A DNA stretch of 64,000 nucleotides. Origin: Dimorphilus gyrociliatus. Taxonomy: Eukaryota; Animalia; Annelida. The DNA is taken from positions 240,892-304,891 of the forward strand of contig CAJFCJ010000046.1 of assembly GCA_904063045.1 (NCBI GenBank). The letters run 5' to 3'. The position numbers were made by a program, and so were the translations under genes. Positions 13,591 to 26,361 of the stretch are shown piece after piece (positions within the stretch are counted from its first letter, which is position 1; every line of letters starts with the position of its first letter). Below the pieces are notes generated by a model. That model saw nothing but the letters and a program-made list of their open reading frames with translations. It was not told the origin of the DNA and ran no database searches.

Positions 13591-14524
13591 GGAATCATAA
13601 TATAGGTTCATTAATGCTTTTTACGAAAGTATCACAAAAAAACTACTATATTTATATGTCTGTTTAACTGGTATAGATACCTTTTAGATGATATTGTTGG
13701 TCAACTTCCTGCTGATGTTGCTATGGGTCATTCTTCTTTAATTAATAGGGAAAAGCTTACTTCTTTCCTTTTTTACTGTTTAATATCCTTTCTTGTATCC
13801 TTGTTAGGTAAAGCATAATCTAAAAAGGGTCAAAGCTTTTAAAAAAGGCAAAGACTTTATGTACAATGAAAACAAAGGACCAAAAAAATAACAATTAAAG
13901 AATTTACATCAATACTTCAAATTTTCCCTCTTTAATATTGATTTTTCAAAACAAACTCTTTCTTTGACTGAAACCATCATGATGAGGAAGGTATACTTTG
14001 ACTGCTTTAGATAATGGTTACAGACTGACAAGCTTTGCAAATGCATCTGCAATGTTCCATTATTATTGTTTTCAAATATCAATATATCTATACTTCTAAG
14101 TCTTCACCATGTTTTAGAGATACCCATTTATAATATTTACTGATTAAATCATAACAAGTTTACACAGACATTAACAATTTAAAAATTCACATATTTTTAA
14201 TTACATATCAAACATTCCACAAAATAGAAAACAAGAATTTTATGTTAAAATGATAATGAAGACAAAAATTTGAAATTTCAATACAATTTCAAAATGGCGT
14301 CGATAGGAAAGGTCAATAAACATGAAAATGCAAAGTTAGGTTAAGATTTGAAGTAAAGAATCTTCAAAATATACTTTCATTTTGACCTAGATTTTTGTTT
14401 TTAATGTAAACAACAACTGGAAATTGAAAGTGATAAATTCTCTTTTTTAGAATATAGATAAAACTTTAAAATACTAAAACATCAAATTAAATAATAAAGA
14501 TTACTGTTTAACCTATTTGAAAAA

Positions 14525-15377
14525 TTGGTAATGGAAAATCAATTATTTAATATCTGTCAAGAGCTTGAAAAATCCTCTAATACTTTAACCACAATTGATT
14601 TTCAACAGTGTTATTTAAATGAAAGGCTAAGTATACAGATTGGAAATTTTTTAAAGAATTGTTGCAGAATAGAATCAATGAATCTATGTGGAAATAGGAA
14701 CATGGGTATTGGATTATTGAATATTTGTGATGGATTAAAAAATGTCTTCAAATTCTTTAAAGAAACTTGATCTACAGAACTGTAATTTAAATGAAAAGCA
14801 AAGTGAAAAGATTGGATATTTACTTAAACACTGCTCCATATTAGAAACAATAAAGATATCAAGGAATGAGCTTAGAGGTAAAAAGATATTAAATATTTGC
14901 AAAGGGCTGAAAATGTCATCAAATACACTGAAAAATCTGGAATTTATATTGTGTTTTTTGAAAGAAGAACAAAGTAGAGAGATTGGAAACTTGTTACAAA
15001 ATTGTTGTAGAATAGAGACAAATAAATCTATCTTGGAATCAGAAAATTGGTAATGGAATATTTCATATTTGTGAAGGGCTGAAAATGTCATCAAGTACCT
15101 TAAAGAATCTCGATTTAGAAAGGTGTGATTTAAATGAAGAACAAGCTACAGAGGTTGGACTTTTACTAAAGCATTGCTGTAGATTAGAAACAATAAATCT
15201 ATCTTGGAATAGAGAATGGGTAATGGAATATTAAATATTTTTGAAGGACTTCAAATGTCATCAAATACTTTGAAGTGTTTTTATTTAGTCCATTGTGATC
15301 TAAATGAGGAACAAAGAACAGCAATTGGAGATCTGTTACAATATTTTCCCAAAATAGAAGTAAATCAACAGCAATAG
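14525..15377 (+). CDS. LRR-only NLR-like protein (~280 aa after correcting 1-bp indels); mirror copy at 25434-26285 on minus strand
   Basis: RI-like repeats GLLNICxGLKMSSNTLKxLDLxxCxLNEEQ. The left copy has extra bases near 14740 and 15020 and the right copy lacks a base near 26190, so the two arms together give one continuous ORF. Confidence 0.7.
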
Positions 15378-15620
15378 ATTACAAATGTATCTAGGTTTTA
15401 CCTTATGTAAGGCAATTAGCAATGGCTTAATTTGCATTTTGTTTATATATGGGCTCCACTTTTTGTAAAAACAATCTTTCAAAAGAAAAAAAAATCTATG
15501 ATATGGTTTTGATATTAAGAGGAATTCTTTTATTGAAGAGCTCATGATCTTAATCTTTTTCTCATCAACTCTCAAATCTAAATCTCCTATGAAGTACTTT
15601 TACAAATAACCCTAACCCTG

Positions 15621-15790
15621 AGGCTAGATTTTGGATTGAAATATAGTCAGGAAGAAGAAGACAGCAACTAATTCCTACATGGGAGGGTCTCCCCTTAAGG
15701 TTAGGGCTATTGGAAAAGGTTAGGTATAGTCAAGCTCTGGGTTAGGGCTAGGGTAAAAGCAGCAATTTATGGACGTTTTCTGTCGCATCC
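15621..15790 (+). mobile_element. MITE family A copy (left TIR lost); mirror at 25022-25191
   Basis: Body matches the other copies and ends with the TIR ATTTATGGACGTTTTCTGTCGCATCC. Confidence 0.75.
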
Positions 15791-15946
15791 TAAAGCTATC
15801 TGTTTTGTTGATAACATACTTTTTTTAAATCTTGCTAAGGTGCTAAATGAAGGAAGGAAAAGAGTTTAGATGATGAAATTATACAGAATGACAGTTTTTC
15901 TGTTTGAGTAAAACCCACTCCCTACCACTTTTAGGCCTTTTCTTAC

Positions 15947-17812
15947 CACAATTCACTTCATCATCACCAAGTGGACAGTGTTTCAATTCATCACAAACAA
16001 ATTTGATGTCAATGCAATATTGATATGTTTTACATCTGTATTGACAAAATAAACATTTCTTATGAATATTACAATTTACATGTTTTCCCTTATGTTTTGA
16101 AGAAAAGAATATTAATCTTTCCATACTGTCGTATTTTATCTCACATAATTCACTAAAATAAAATCATTTTTTACTAATACTCTTTACCAGGTTTCTCCTA
16201 CTACTTACGTAACATATGAACACTCATTTATTAATTGTTTTTTCAATTTCCTATCATAACAGATGTTCATTTGGGAATATTGAATAAATCCATAGAAAAT
16301 GCATTGCGAAATACCATCGCATACCGACCTACTTGGAATTCAATATCCATATTTACCCAAAAGATTTGAGAATGAAAAAGAGAAAAAAGAATGTTCTTGT
16401 GGGGGGTTCAATACCATTTTAAGGGTATGTTTTCTTGACTCATAATCATTCCTATCCCAGGAATCAATGATAGTCTTTTTATTAATTGGAATTGCAGTTT
16501 TACAGTATGCTAAATAATTTCTTTGTGTACAAGATGAACAGCAATTTCTGTAAACCTAACCCTAATGTACTTTGTATTTGATACTAAAATAAACGAATGG
16601 CTTCAATTCGAATCTTCTACTTTTAAAATTAAAATCTAAGAGCTTCAACTCTATTCTTGGCAAAAATCCAAAAACTCTTTGGAACAAAATCAATAAGATC
16701 TAATTAATTTACTTTTGAAAGAGATTGTAAATTGAATCCTTATGTATTCATCTCATTTTTAAATGGAATATTAGTTTACAATAGGTGTCGCTGCTCCTAA
16801 TTCCATATCCATTCGTTAGCGTATATTCTATAATATTAGTGGTTTTCTCTAAAGGTACGCAGGTGGAAGGATAACCTTCAAGTGTTGCGTAATACGAATG
16901 ACTTTTGCACTGCGTATCATAACTTTTCACCTTTTTTCCCTCTAGAAAAGAATGACGGATTAGATCTGAATGAATTATTGAAGTATCTTATCCCTACCGA
17001 TATCAGTTATGGCAAAGTGATTAATCCTATTGGTTAATCCATTCTTAATTAGTATTTGTCTTATGTCTAGAGTAATGGCGACTTCAATGCTATGAATATG
17101 AATGTTTCGTAGCCTTTACCCATACCAATTGTTATCAGTGTCTCTGATAATTCAATCCAAAAATTTGTCCAATCAGTGCAAGAGATCAATTTAGCAGAGT
17201 TGCTTAGAATTTTACTTTCAATTGTCGGATTCATTACGTGTATTGATGAAATTCTCTTATTGCCAATAATCTCATCCAGCCGAATTGTTGATATAATTGA
17301 AATTTCATTTTTTAGGCTAATTACCATTGTTGAACAATCATTCAGTTGACCTTGACCTTTAACCTTGAACCTCATAGCTCTAAAACCTAAAACCCTAATG
17401 AATATTCATACCTTTTGTAAAGACATTGACGTATTGAAATCCAACAGTTTCGTCAATGTAAACGTCTTTTATAACAAGATTTAAACCCGATTCTATATCA
17501 GGAGTATTTGTATATTTGAAACAATACATTTTAAAGCCAGCAACATCGGATAGGTTTACTACCTGAGTGAAACCAGAACTCCATTCGACCTTGACACTTG
17601 CTATCCTTTCATCAAAGTTGAGCCTGTTTATAAACAAAGTTGAATGGAAATGTCAAGTAAAGGAAATAGCATAAGACCCGTGTGATAAACATAAGAATTC
17701 CGTCCCCGTCTTCGACCAGAATACAAGTTAACCTACTCAATGAAATTGCTGTAGTATTGCAGTATTCCAAAAGAAATAGAAGGAAGGCGAAAGTTTTTGT
17801 CATAATTTTCAT
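15947..17812 (-). pseudogene. 5' half of a multi-exon LDLa receptor-like gene (signal peptide, FAMeT-like domain, LDLa); no LRR/7TM part follows
   Basis: Signal-like MKIMTKTFAFLLFLLEYCN; a Methyltransf_FA-like block (FKVKG..NDC...LISCTDWTNFWIELSETLITIGMG); LDLa YCIDIKFVCDELKHCPLGDDEVNC followed by gtaag, as in the GRL101-like gene at 44817-45167. Another LDLa exon (~16330) contains an in-frame TGA. Confidence 0.65.
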
Positions 17813-18677
17813 TGCAGTTCGCTTCTTTTCCATTTTGCAGGAGAATCTTTACATTTTTTTTTTGGAAAGAAGTCTTTATAAAGTTTTCTACAGCAATCGA
17901 TTGTTGCCATGGTTATTACCACTTTTAAAGCTAAGGCTATGAAAATAATTTTTCTAAATGATATTAATTAATAATCATCTTATCGTTATTGCAATTCAAA
18001 ACTTATTTACATTGGTTTCGTTATAAGAAATGTCATATGATCTCTCTTGAATTGCACCTTAAGAAAAGAGCACAATCATCAATTTCCATTAAGTATCAAT
18101 AGAGAAAAAAATCAATGAATAACAGACTAATTAAGAGTGTAAATACTATTACAAAAGTCCCGCCAACTCATTTCTTTTTAAGTAAACAATAAAGAGAAAA
18201 CAGCACTAAACCTTTTTGACCTGATTTTCGCTGACCTTTGTGACCTCTTAAGCCTTAACCTAATTTTCAACAGCAATGCCTTTATCGCAAATCTACTAAA
18301 GCTGCTAAAAGTAATATTTCATTTATCCTGTTTGAATGTATTATCCTTAATAATTCATACATTAAATTAGTAAAATTGGCTTTGTCAGCACTTTTTGAAT
18401 TCTATAAAATAAATCCTTTTTGAAAAGTTTCAATGTTGTTGTACAACTTTGGTTATATTTTACATGGTTGAACTGTATTATTTGATGCAACTTATACATG
18501 TCCATCTTAAAACCTACGCAAGAAAATGCTATAACATTGGGCAAACATAAGTCTGATTAGTCAGCTTCAAGGCTCATCTTTAATCACCAATAAAGGTTTG
18601 GCCAAGTTATAATTTAATTAACTTGCCTAGGGTGTGGCCAAGTTATAATTCAATTAACCTTCCTAAATCTTCAACCT

Positions 18678-19074
18678 TGTAACATCCTGTTACTAAACAT
18701 AAATATGAACTACACATTTCAGCAACTGTAAAGTGATGATTGGATGTTAGAGGCAAACCTCAGAGTAAATAAATCCTCACTATTCTCATTCTGCATGCGG
18801 CTTCCATCTGGATCCAAGGACCTGGGAAGATAACCTGGAAACAACCTCCACTGGAACCATCCATCTACTCCTCAACATTGGAAGACAGTTTGGTAATTTG
18901 GCAACCTGCTTTTACAAACTATCTACTCTGCTATTGAACTCTCATATTGTTACTTGCTTAAGTATTATCATTGCGAATAAACCATTTTAATTTAAACATT
19001 TGCTTAAAGGTTCGAGTAGAACCAGTATTGTTATAACTTGCAAACGCATAGGTTTTGCCAGCAAGAGCAGTACA
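18678..19074 (+). mobile_element. 5' LTR (397 bp) of a Ty3/gypsy-like retrotransposon; mirror at 21738-22134
   Basis: TGTAACA...AGTACA termini and AATAAA at 18976-18981, followed 4 nt later by a PBS and then a gag-like ORF. Confidence 0.75.
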
Positions 19075-19078
19075 AATT

Positions 19079-19096
19079 TGGCACAGTCGACAGGAT
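19079..19096 (+). promoter_or_regulatory. Primer-binding site complementary to tRNA-Ser(AGA); mirror at 21716-21733
   Basis: TGGCACAGTCGACAGGAT matches at 17/18 the expected TGGCGCAGTCGACAGGAT, the complement of the 3' end plus CCA of the tRNA at 40330-40411. Confidence 0.9.
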
Positions 19097-19134
19097 AATA
19101 TTTTGGTTTATTCAAAAATCTGGAGAAAGTAAAT

Positions 19135-19728
19135 ATGGCAGAAGGAGGAAATGGAAATGCCACTGGGGCAGTTACAGACTCTAACCCTTCAACCCCACCA
19201 ACTCCAACAATTGCAATTCAGCCAGCAGAAATGTCAGAAAGGCAACAAAGACTAATTGAAGACTATGATAGATTGGTGAGTGAAATGAAAAGAAATCGAA
19301 TCACAATTCCAACAGATCATGGAGATGGAACACATCACGCAGCACAGAACCCAAATGTTGATATCACAACAGTAATTCAAGCATTAAGGGCTGCTTGGGA
19401 CCGCCCTCAAAGAACTATTCTCAAGTTGCATGATGGAAGCAAGGAGTGTTCAAAATTCAAGGAAGACTTTAATCAGGCATGTGATGCTTATGGTTGGATT
19501 GGTGAAGATGTTGTGAAAGCAAGTCTTTTAGATTATTTAACTGGCCCTGCAAAGGATTTGGTGTTGGCTCTGGATGGAGAGCCTACTGTAGAGGAAATAT
19601 GAAAAGCCCTCCATGACGAATTTGATCTGGATCCCTTGGAGTATCAAGAGAAATTGCTTAACTTAAAGCAAATGAATGGCGAAAGTGTGGTTCAGTTTGT
19701 TAATAGAGCAGTACATTGTAAATATTAA
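19135..19728 (+). pseudogene. Truncated gag (Retrotrans_gag-like) with internal stop; mirror at ~21085-21677
   Basis: KFKEDFNQACDAYGW...LLDYLTGPAKD...EEI*KALHDEF...LKQMNGESVVQFVNR (MHR-like). TGA at 19600-19602 is probably a mutated Trp codon. No pol or 3' LTR. Confidence 0.8.
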
Positions 19729-22700
19729 AATATTGTTGTTGGATATTCAACCTTCTATACAGTAAATCAAGTTTGTATAAACATCTTGAAGCGTCATTTA
19801 ACAATTAACTTTACTCAGCACTTTAATTTTCTGTCTCTAGATGTTGCTTTTGTTGTATAAAAATATGGAAGTAAAGATTATATTCCAGATCTACTGAAAA
19901 TTCCTCTGCAATTGAAATTGCATTGAATGACAGCTCTATTAACTCCTACATGATTGATTTTTCAGTGGTTGTACTTTGTTGTATTGTAATTGTTGGAATT
20001 TCTCGCTTCTTCAGAACAGTATTCGTCCTCTTCAATCATTTATCAATTGAGCAAAGTACTCAAACAAATAGAACCACATGTGCCACTGCAGCAGAGGCCT
20101 GCCCAGCAGCATCTGGTATTGCCTAAGATGTAACAAATTTCACATGCATCTTTTCTGTGTTCTTTGTTAACTTCATAGTGGCTCCATCTAATATGGGCAA
20201 ACAATCTATTTCCTACGAAATAGAGTTCTTTCTAAAGTTCTATAATCTTATTCTAACGAAATAAAAGACTTTCAAAAGTTGCAGCATTATAATTGCCACA
20301 AAATAGAAGTTATTCTAAAAACCTTTATATTTGGTTCAACCCTAACCCGTATCAATATGCTTTCTGCTCAAAATATAAATTATTGTATTCTGTTAACTAA
20401 GATTTAACATTAAAGAGAATTGAAAAGAAAAAGATTTTGTATGTCTACACTTAGACATAATGACATATTGATATTTAGACTTTAGATATAAATGAACTTT
20501 AGAATAACTTCTATTTTGTGGCAATTATAATGCTGCAACTTTTGAAAGTCTTTTATTTCGTAGAATAAGATTATAGAACTTTAGAAAGAACTCTATTTCG
20601 TAGGAAATAGATTGTTTGCCCATATTAGATGGAGCCACTATGAAGTTAACAAAGAACACAGAAAAGATGCATGTGAAATTTGTTACATCTTAGGCAATAC
20701 CAGATGCTGCTGGGGCAGGCCTCTGCTGCAGTGGCACATGTGGTTCTATTTGTTTGAGTACTTTGCTCAATTGATAAATGATTGAAGAGGACGAATACTG
20801 TTCTGAAGAAGCAGAAATTCCAACAATTACAATACAACAAAGTACAACCACTGAAAAATCAATCATGTAGGAGTTAATAGAGCTGTCATTCAATGCAATT
20901 TCAATTGCAGAGGAATTTTCAGTAGATCTGGAATATAATCTTTACTTCCATATTTTTATACAACAAAAGCAACATCTAGAGACAGAAAATTAAAGTGCTG
21001 AGTAAAGTTAATTGTTAAATGACGCTTCAAGATGTTTATACAAACTTGATTTACTGTATAGAAGGTTGAATATCCAACAACAATATTTTAATATTTACAA
21101 TGTACTGCTCTATTAACAAACTGAACCACACTTTCGCCATTCATTTGCTTTAAGTTAAGCAATTTCTCTTGATACTCCAAGGGATCCAGATCAAATTCGT
21201 CATGGAGGGCTTTTCATATTTCCTCTACAGTAGGCTCTCCATCCAGAGCCAACACCAAATCCTTTGCAGGGCCAGTTAAATAATCTAAAAGACTTGTTTC
21301 ACAACATCTTCACCATCCAACCATAAGCATCACATGCCTGATTAAAGTCTTCTTGAATTTTGAACACTCCTTGCTTCCATCATGCAACTTGAGAATAGTT
21401 CTTTGAGGGCGGTCCAAGCAGCCCTTAATGCTTGAATTACTGTTGTGATATCAACATTTGGGTTCTGTGCTGCGTGATGTGTTCCATCTCCATGATCTGT
21501 TGGAATTGTGATTCGATTTCTTTTCATTTCACTCACCAATCTATCATAGTCTTCAATTAGTCTTTGTTGCCTTTCTGACATTTCTGCTGGCTGAATTGCA
21601 ATTGTTGGAGTTGGTGGGGTTGAAGGGTTAGAGTCTGTAACTGCCCCAGTGGCATTTCCATTTCCTCCTTCTGCCATATTTACTTTCTCCAGATTTTTGA
21701 ATAAACCAAAATATTATCCTGTCGACTGTGCCAAATTTGTACTGCTCTTGCTGGCAAAACCTATGCGTTTGCAAGTTATAACAATACTGGTTCTACTCGA
21801 ACCTTTAAGCAAATGTTTAAATTAAAATGGTTTATTCGCAATGATAATACTTAAGCAAGTAACAATATGAGAGTTCAATAGCAGAGTAGATAGTTTGTAA
21901 AAGCAGGTTGCCAAATTACCAAACTGTCTTCCAATGTTGAGGAGTAGATGGATGGTTCCAGTGGAGGTTGTTTCCAGGTTATCTTCCCAGGTCCTTGGAT
22001 CCAGATGGAAGCCGCATGCAGAATGAGAATAGTGAGGATTTATTTACTCTGAGGTTTGCCTCTAACATCCAATCATCACTTTACAGTTGCTGAAATGTGT
22101 AGTTCATATTTATGTTTAGTAACAGGATGTTACAAGGTTGAAGATTTAGGAAGGTTAATTGAATTATAACTTGGCCACACCCTAGGCAAGTTAATTAAAT
22201 TATAACTTGGCCAAACCTTTATTGGTGATTAAAGATGAGCCTTGAAGCTGACTAATCAGACTTATGTTTGCCCAATGTTATAGCATTTTCTTGCGTAGGT
22301 TTTAAGATGGACATGTATAAGTTGCATCAAATAATACAGTTCAACCATGTAAAATATAACCAAAGTTGTACAACAACATTGAAACTTTTCAAAAAGGATT
22401 TATTTTATAGAATTCAAAAAGTGCTGACAAAGCCAATTTTACTAATTTAATGTATGAATTATTAAGGATAATACATTCAAACAGGGATAAATGAAATATT
22501 ACTTTTAGCAGCTTTAGTAGATTTGCGATAAAGGCATTGCTGTTGAAAATTAGGTTAAGGCTTAAGAGGTCACAAAGGTCAGCGAAAATCAGGTCAAAAA
22601 GGTTTAGTGCTGTTTTCTCTTTATTGTTTACTTAAAAAGAAATGAGTTGGCGGGACTTTTGTAATAGTATTTACACTCTTAATTAGTCTGTTATTCATTG

Positions 22701-22997
22701 ATTTTTTTCTCTATTGATACTTAATGGAAATTGATGATTGTGCTCTTTTCTTAAGGTGAATTCAAGAGAGATCATATGACATTTCTTATAACGAAACCAA
22801 TGTAAATAAGTTTTGAATTGCAATAACGATAAGATGATTATTAATTAATATCATTTAGAAAAATTATTTTCATAGCCTTAGCTTTAAAAGTGGTAATAAC
22901 CATGGCAACAATCGATTGCTGTAGAAAACTTTATAAAGACTTCTTTCCAAAAAAAAATGTAAAGATTCTCCTGCAAATGGAAAAGAAGCGAACTGCA

Positions 22998-24865
22998 ATG
23001 AAAATTATGACAAAACTTTCGCCTTCCTTCTATTTCTTTTGGAATACTGCAATACTACAGCAATTTCATTGAGTAGGTTAACTTGTATTCTGGTCGAAGA
23101 CGGGGACGGAATTCTTATGTTTATCACACGGGTCTTATGCTATTTCCTTTACTTGACATTTCCATTCAACTTTGTTTATAAACAGGCTCAACTTTGATGA
23201 AAGGATAGCAAGTGTCAAGGTCGAATGGAGTTCTGGTTTCACTCAGGTAGTAAACCTATCCGATGTTGCTGGCTTTAAAATGTATTGTTTCAAATATACA
23301 AATACTCCTGATATAGAATCGGGTTTAAATCTTGTTATAAAAGACGTTTACATTGACGAAACTGTTGGATTTCAATACGTCAATGTCTTTACAAAAGGTA
23401 TGAATATTCATTAGGGTTTTAAATTTTAGAGCTATGAGGTTTAAGGTTAAAGGTCAAGATCAAGGTCAACCGAATGATTGCTCGTCGATGGTAATTAGCC
23501 TAAAAAATGAAACGTCAATTATATTAACAATTCGGCTTGACGAGGTTATTGGCAATAAGAGAATTTCATCAATAAGCGTAACGAGTCCTGCAATTTTAAG
23601 TAAAGTTCTAAGCAACTCTGTGACACTGATATCTTGCACCGATTGGACTCACTTTTGGATTGAATTATCAGAAACGCTTATAACAATTGGTATGGGTAAA
23701 GGTTACGGATCATTTATATTGGCTAGCATTCGAACGGCCATTACACTAGACATAAGGCAAATACTTATTAAGAACGGCTTAACCAATAAGATTAATCACT
23801 TTGCGATAACTGATACAGGTAGGGATAATATACTTTAATTAATTTATTAATTAAAGTGTATTCGCCATTCTTTTATAGAAGGAAGAAAGGTGAAAAGTTC
23901 TAATACACAATGCCAAAGTAACGCTTATTACGCAACGCTTGATGGACATCCTTCCACTTGCGTACCTTTAGAGGAAACCAGTAATATTATAGAATATACC
24001 CTAACGAATGGAAATGGAATTAGGAGCAATGACACAAACTGTAAACTAATATTCCATTTAAAAATGAGATGAATACATAAGGATTCAATTTACAATCTCT
24101 TTCAAAAGTAAATTAATTAGATCTTATTGATTTTGTTCCAAAGAGTTTTTGGATTTTTGCCAAGAATAGAGTTGAAGCTCTTAGATTTTAATTTTAAAAG
24201 TAGAAGATTCGAATTGAAGCCATTCGTTTATTTTAGTATCAAATACAAAGTACATTAGGGTTAGGTTTACAGAAATTGCTGTTCATCTTGTACACAAAGA
24301 AATTATTTAGCATACTGTAAAACTGCAATTCCAATTAATAAAAAGACTATCATTGATTCCTGGGATAGGAATGATTATGAGTCAAGAAAACATACCTTAA
24401 AATGGTATTAACCCCCACAAGAACATTCTTTTTTCTCTTTTTCATTCTCAAATCTTTTGGGTAAATATGGATATTGAATTCCAAGTAGGTCGGTATGCGA
24501 TGGTATTTCGCAATGCATTTTCTATGGATTTATTCAATATTCCCAAATGAACATCTGTTATGATAGGAAATTGAAAAACAATTAATAAATGAGTGTTCAT
24601 ATGTTACGTAATAGTAGGAGAAACCTGGTAAAGAGTATTAGTAAAAATGATTTTTTTTAGTGAATTATGTGAGATAAAATACGACAGTATGGAAAGATTA
24701 ATATTCTTTTCTTCAAAACATAAGGGAAAACATGTAAATTGTAATATTCATAAGAAATGTTTATTTTGTCAATACAGATGTAAAACATATCATATTGCAT
24801 TGACATCAAATTTGTTTGTGATGAATTGAAACACTGTCCACTTGGTGATGATGAAGTGAATTGTG
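22998..24865 (+). pseudogene. Mirror copy of the FAMeT-like/LDLa gene with a divergent version of two exons
   Basis: Identical translation to the left copy at 23172-23414 and in the LDLa exon apart from 1-bp indels, but heavily substituted at 23422-24039. Confidence 0.65.
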
Positions 24866-26355
24866 GTAAGAAAAGGCCTAAAAGTGGTAGGGAGTGGGTT
24901 TTACTCAAACAGAAAAACTGTCATTCTGTATAATTTCATCATCTAAACTCTTTTCCTTCCTTCATTTAGCACCTTAGCAAGATTTAAAAAAAGTATGTTA
25001 TCAACAAAACAGATAGCTTTAGGATGCGACAGAAAACGTCCATAAATTGCTGCTTTTACCCTAGCCCTAACCCAGAGCTTGACTATACCTAACCTTTTCC
25101 AATAGCCCTAACCTTAAGGGGAGACCCTCCCATGTAGGAATTAGTTGCTGTCTTCTTCTTCCTGACTATATTTCAATCCAAAATCTAGCCTCAGGGTTAG
25201 GGTTATTTGTAAAAGTACTTCATAGGAGATTTAGATTTGAGAGTTGATGAGAAAAGATTAAGATCATGAGCTCTTCAATAAAAGAATTCCTCTTAATATC
25301 AAAACCATATCATAGATTTTTTTTTCTTTTGAAAGATTGTTTTTACAAAAAGTGGAGCCCATATATAAACAAAATGCAAATTAAGCCATTGCTAATTGCC
25401 TTACATAAGGTAAAACCTAGATACATTTGTAATCTATTGCTGTTGATTTACTTCTATTTTGGGAAAATATTGTAACAGATCTCCAATTGCTGTTCTTTGT
25501 TCCTCATTTAGATCACAATGGACTAAATAAAAACACTTCAAAGTATTTGATGACATTTGAAGTCCTTCAAAAATATTTAATATTCCATTACCCATCTCTC
25601 TATTCCAAGATAGATTTATTGTTTCTAATCTACAGCAATGCTTTAGTAAAAGTCCAACCTCTGTAGCTTGTTCTTCATTTAAATCACACCTTTCTAAATC
25701 GAGATTCTTTAAGGTACTTGATGACATTTTCAGCCCTTCACAAATATGAAATATTCCATTACCAATTTTCTGATTCCAAGATAGATTTATTGTCTCTATT
25801 CTACAACAATTTTGTAACAAGTTTCCAATCTCTCTACTTTGTTCTTCTTTCAAAAAACACAATATAAATTCCAGATTTTTCAGTGTATTTGATGACATTT
25901 TCAGCCCTTTGCAAATATTTAATATCTTTTTACCTCTAAGCTCATTCCTTGATATCTTTATTGTTTCTAATATGGAGCAGTGTTTAAGTAAATATCCAAT
26001 CTTTTCACTTTGCTTTTCATTTAAATTACAGTTCTGTAGATCAAGTTTCTTTAAAGAATTTGAAGACATTTTTAATCCATCACAAATATTCAATAATCCA
26101 ATACCATGTTCCTATTTCCACATAGATTCATTGATTCTATTCTGCAACAATTCTTTAAAAAATTTCCAATCTGTATACTTAGCCTTTCTTTAAATAACAC
26201 TGTTGAAAATCAATTGTGGTTAAAGTATTAGAGGATTTTTCAAGCTCTTGACAGATATTAAATAATTGATTTTCCATTACCAATTTTTCAAATAGGTTAA
26301 ACAGTAATCTTTATTATTTAATTTGATGTTTTAGTATTTTAAAGTTTTATCTATA

Positions 26356-26361
26356 NNNNNN
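26356..26361. other. Assembly gap (6 N)
   Basis: nnnnnn lies exactly at the outer end of the right arm of palindrome 1. Confidence 1.

Larger units (their letters stand above)
14453..26355. repeat. Giant inverted duplication 1: arms 14453-20319 and 20498-26355, 178-bp spacer
   Basis: Mirrored ORFs (gag 19135/21677; 17395-17637/23172-23414; 18362/22268; LRR 14742/26093). Reverse-complement match checked at both ends. The right arm ends at an N gap (26356-26361). Confidence 0.95.

Noticed and set aside
18599-18658. Two 24-bp direct repeats TGGCCAAGTTATAATT(T/C)AATTAAC, and the 50025-50080 repeat, as CRISPR-like arrays
   Set aside because: Only 2-3 units, no unique spacers of suitable length, no cas genes, eukaryotic context.
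19600-19602. In-frame TGA in gag (also in LRR at 13476 and LDLa near 16330) as readthrough or an alternative genetic code
   Set aside because: Intact genes in the window use TGG for Trp and end at standard stops. These TGAs sit in elements that are truncated anyway, so nonsense mutation is simpler.
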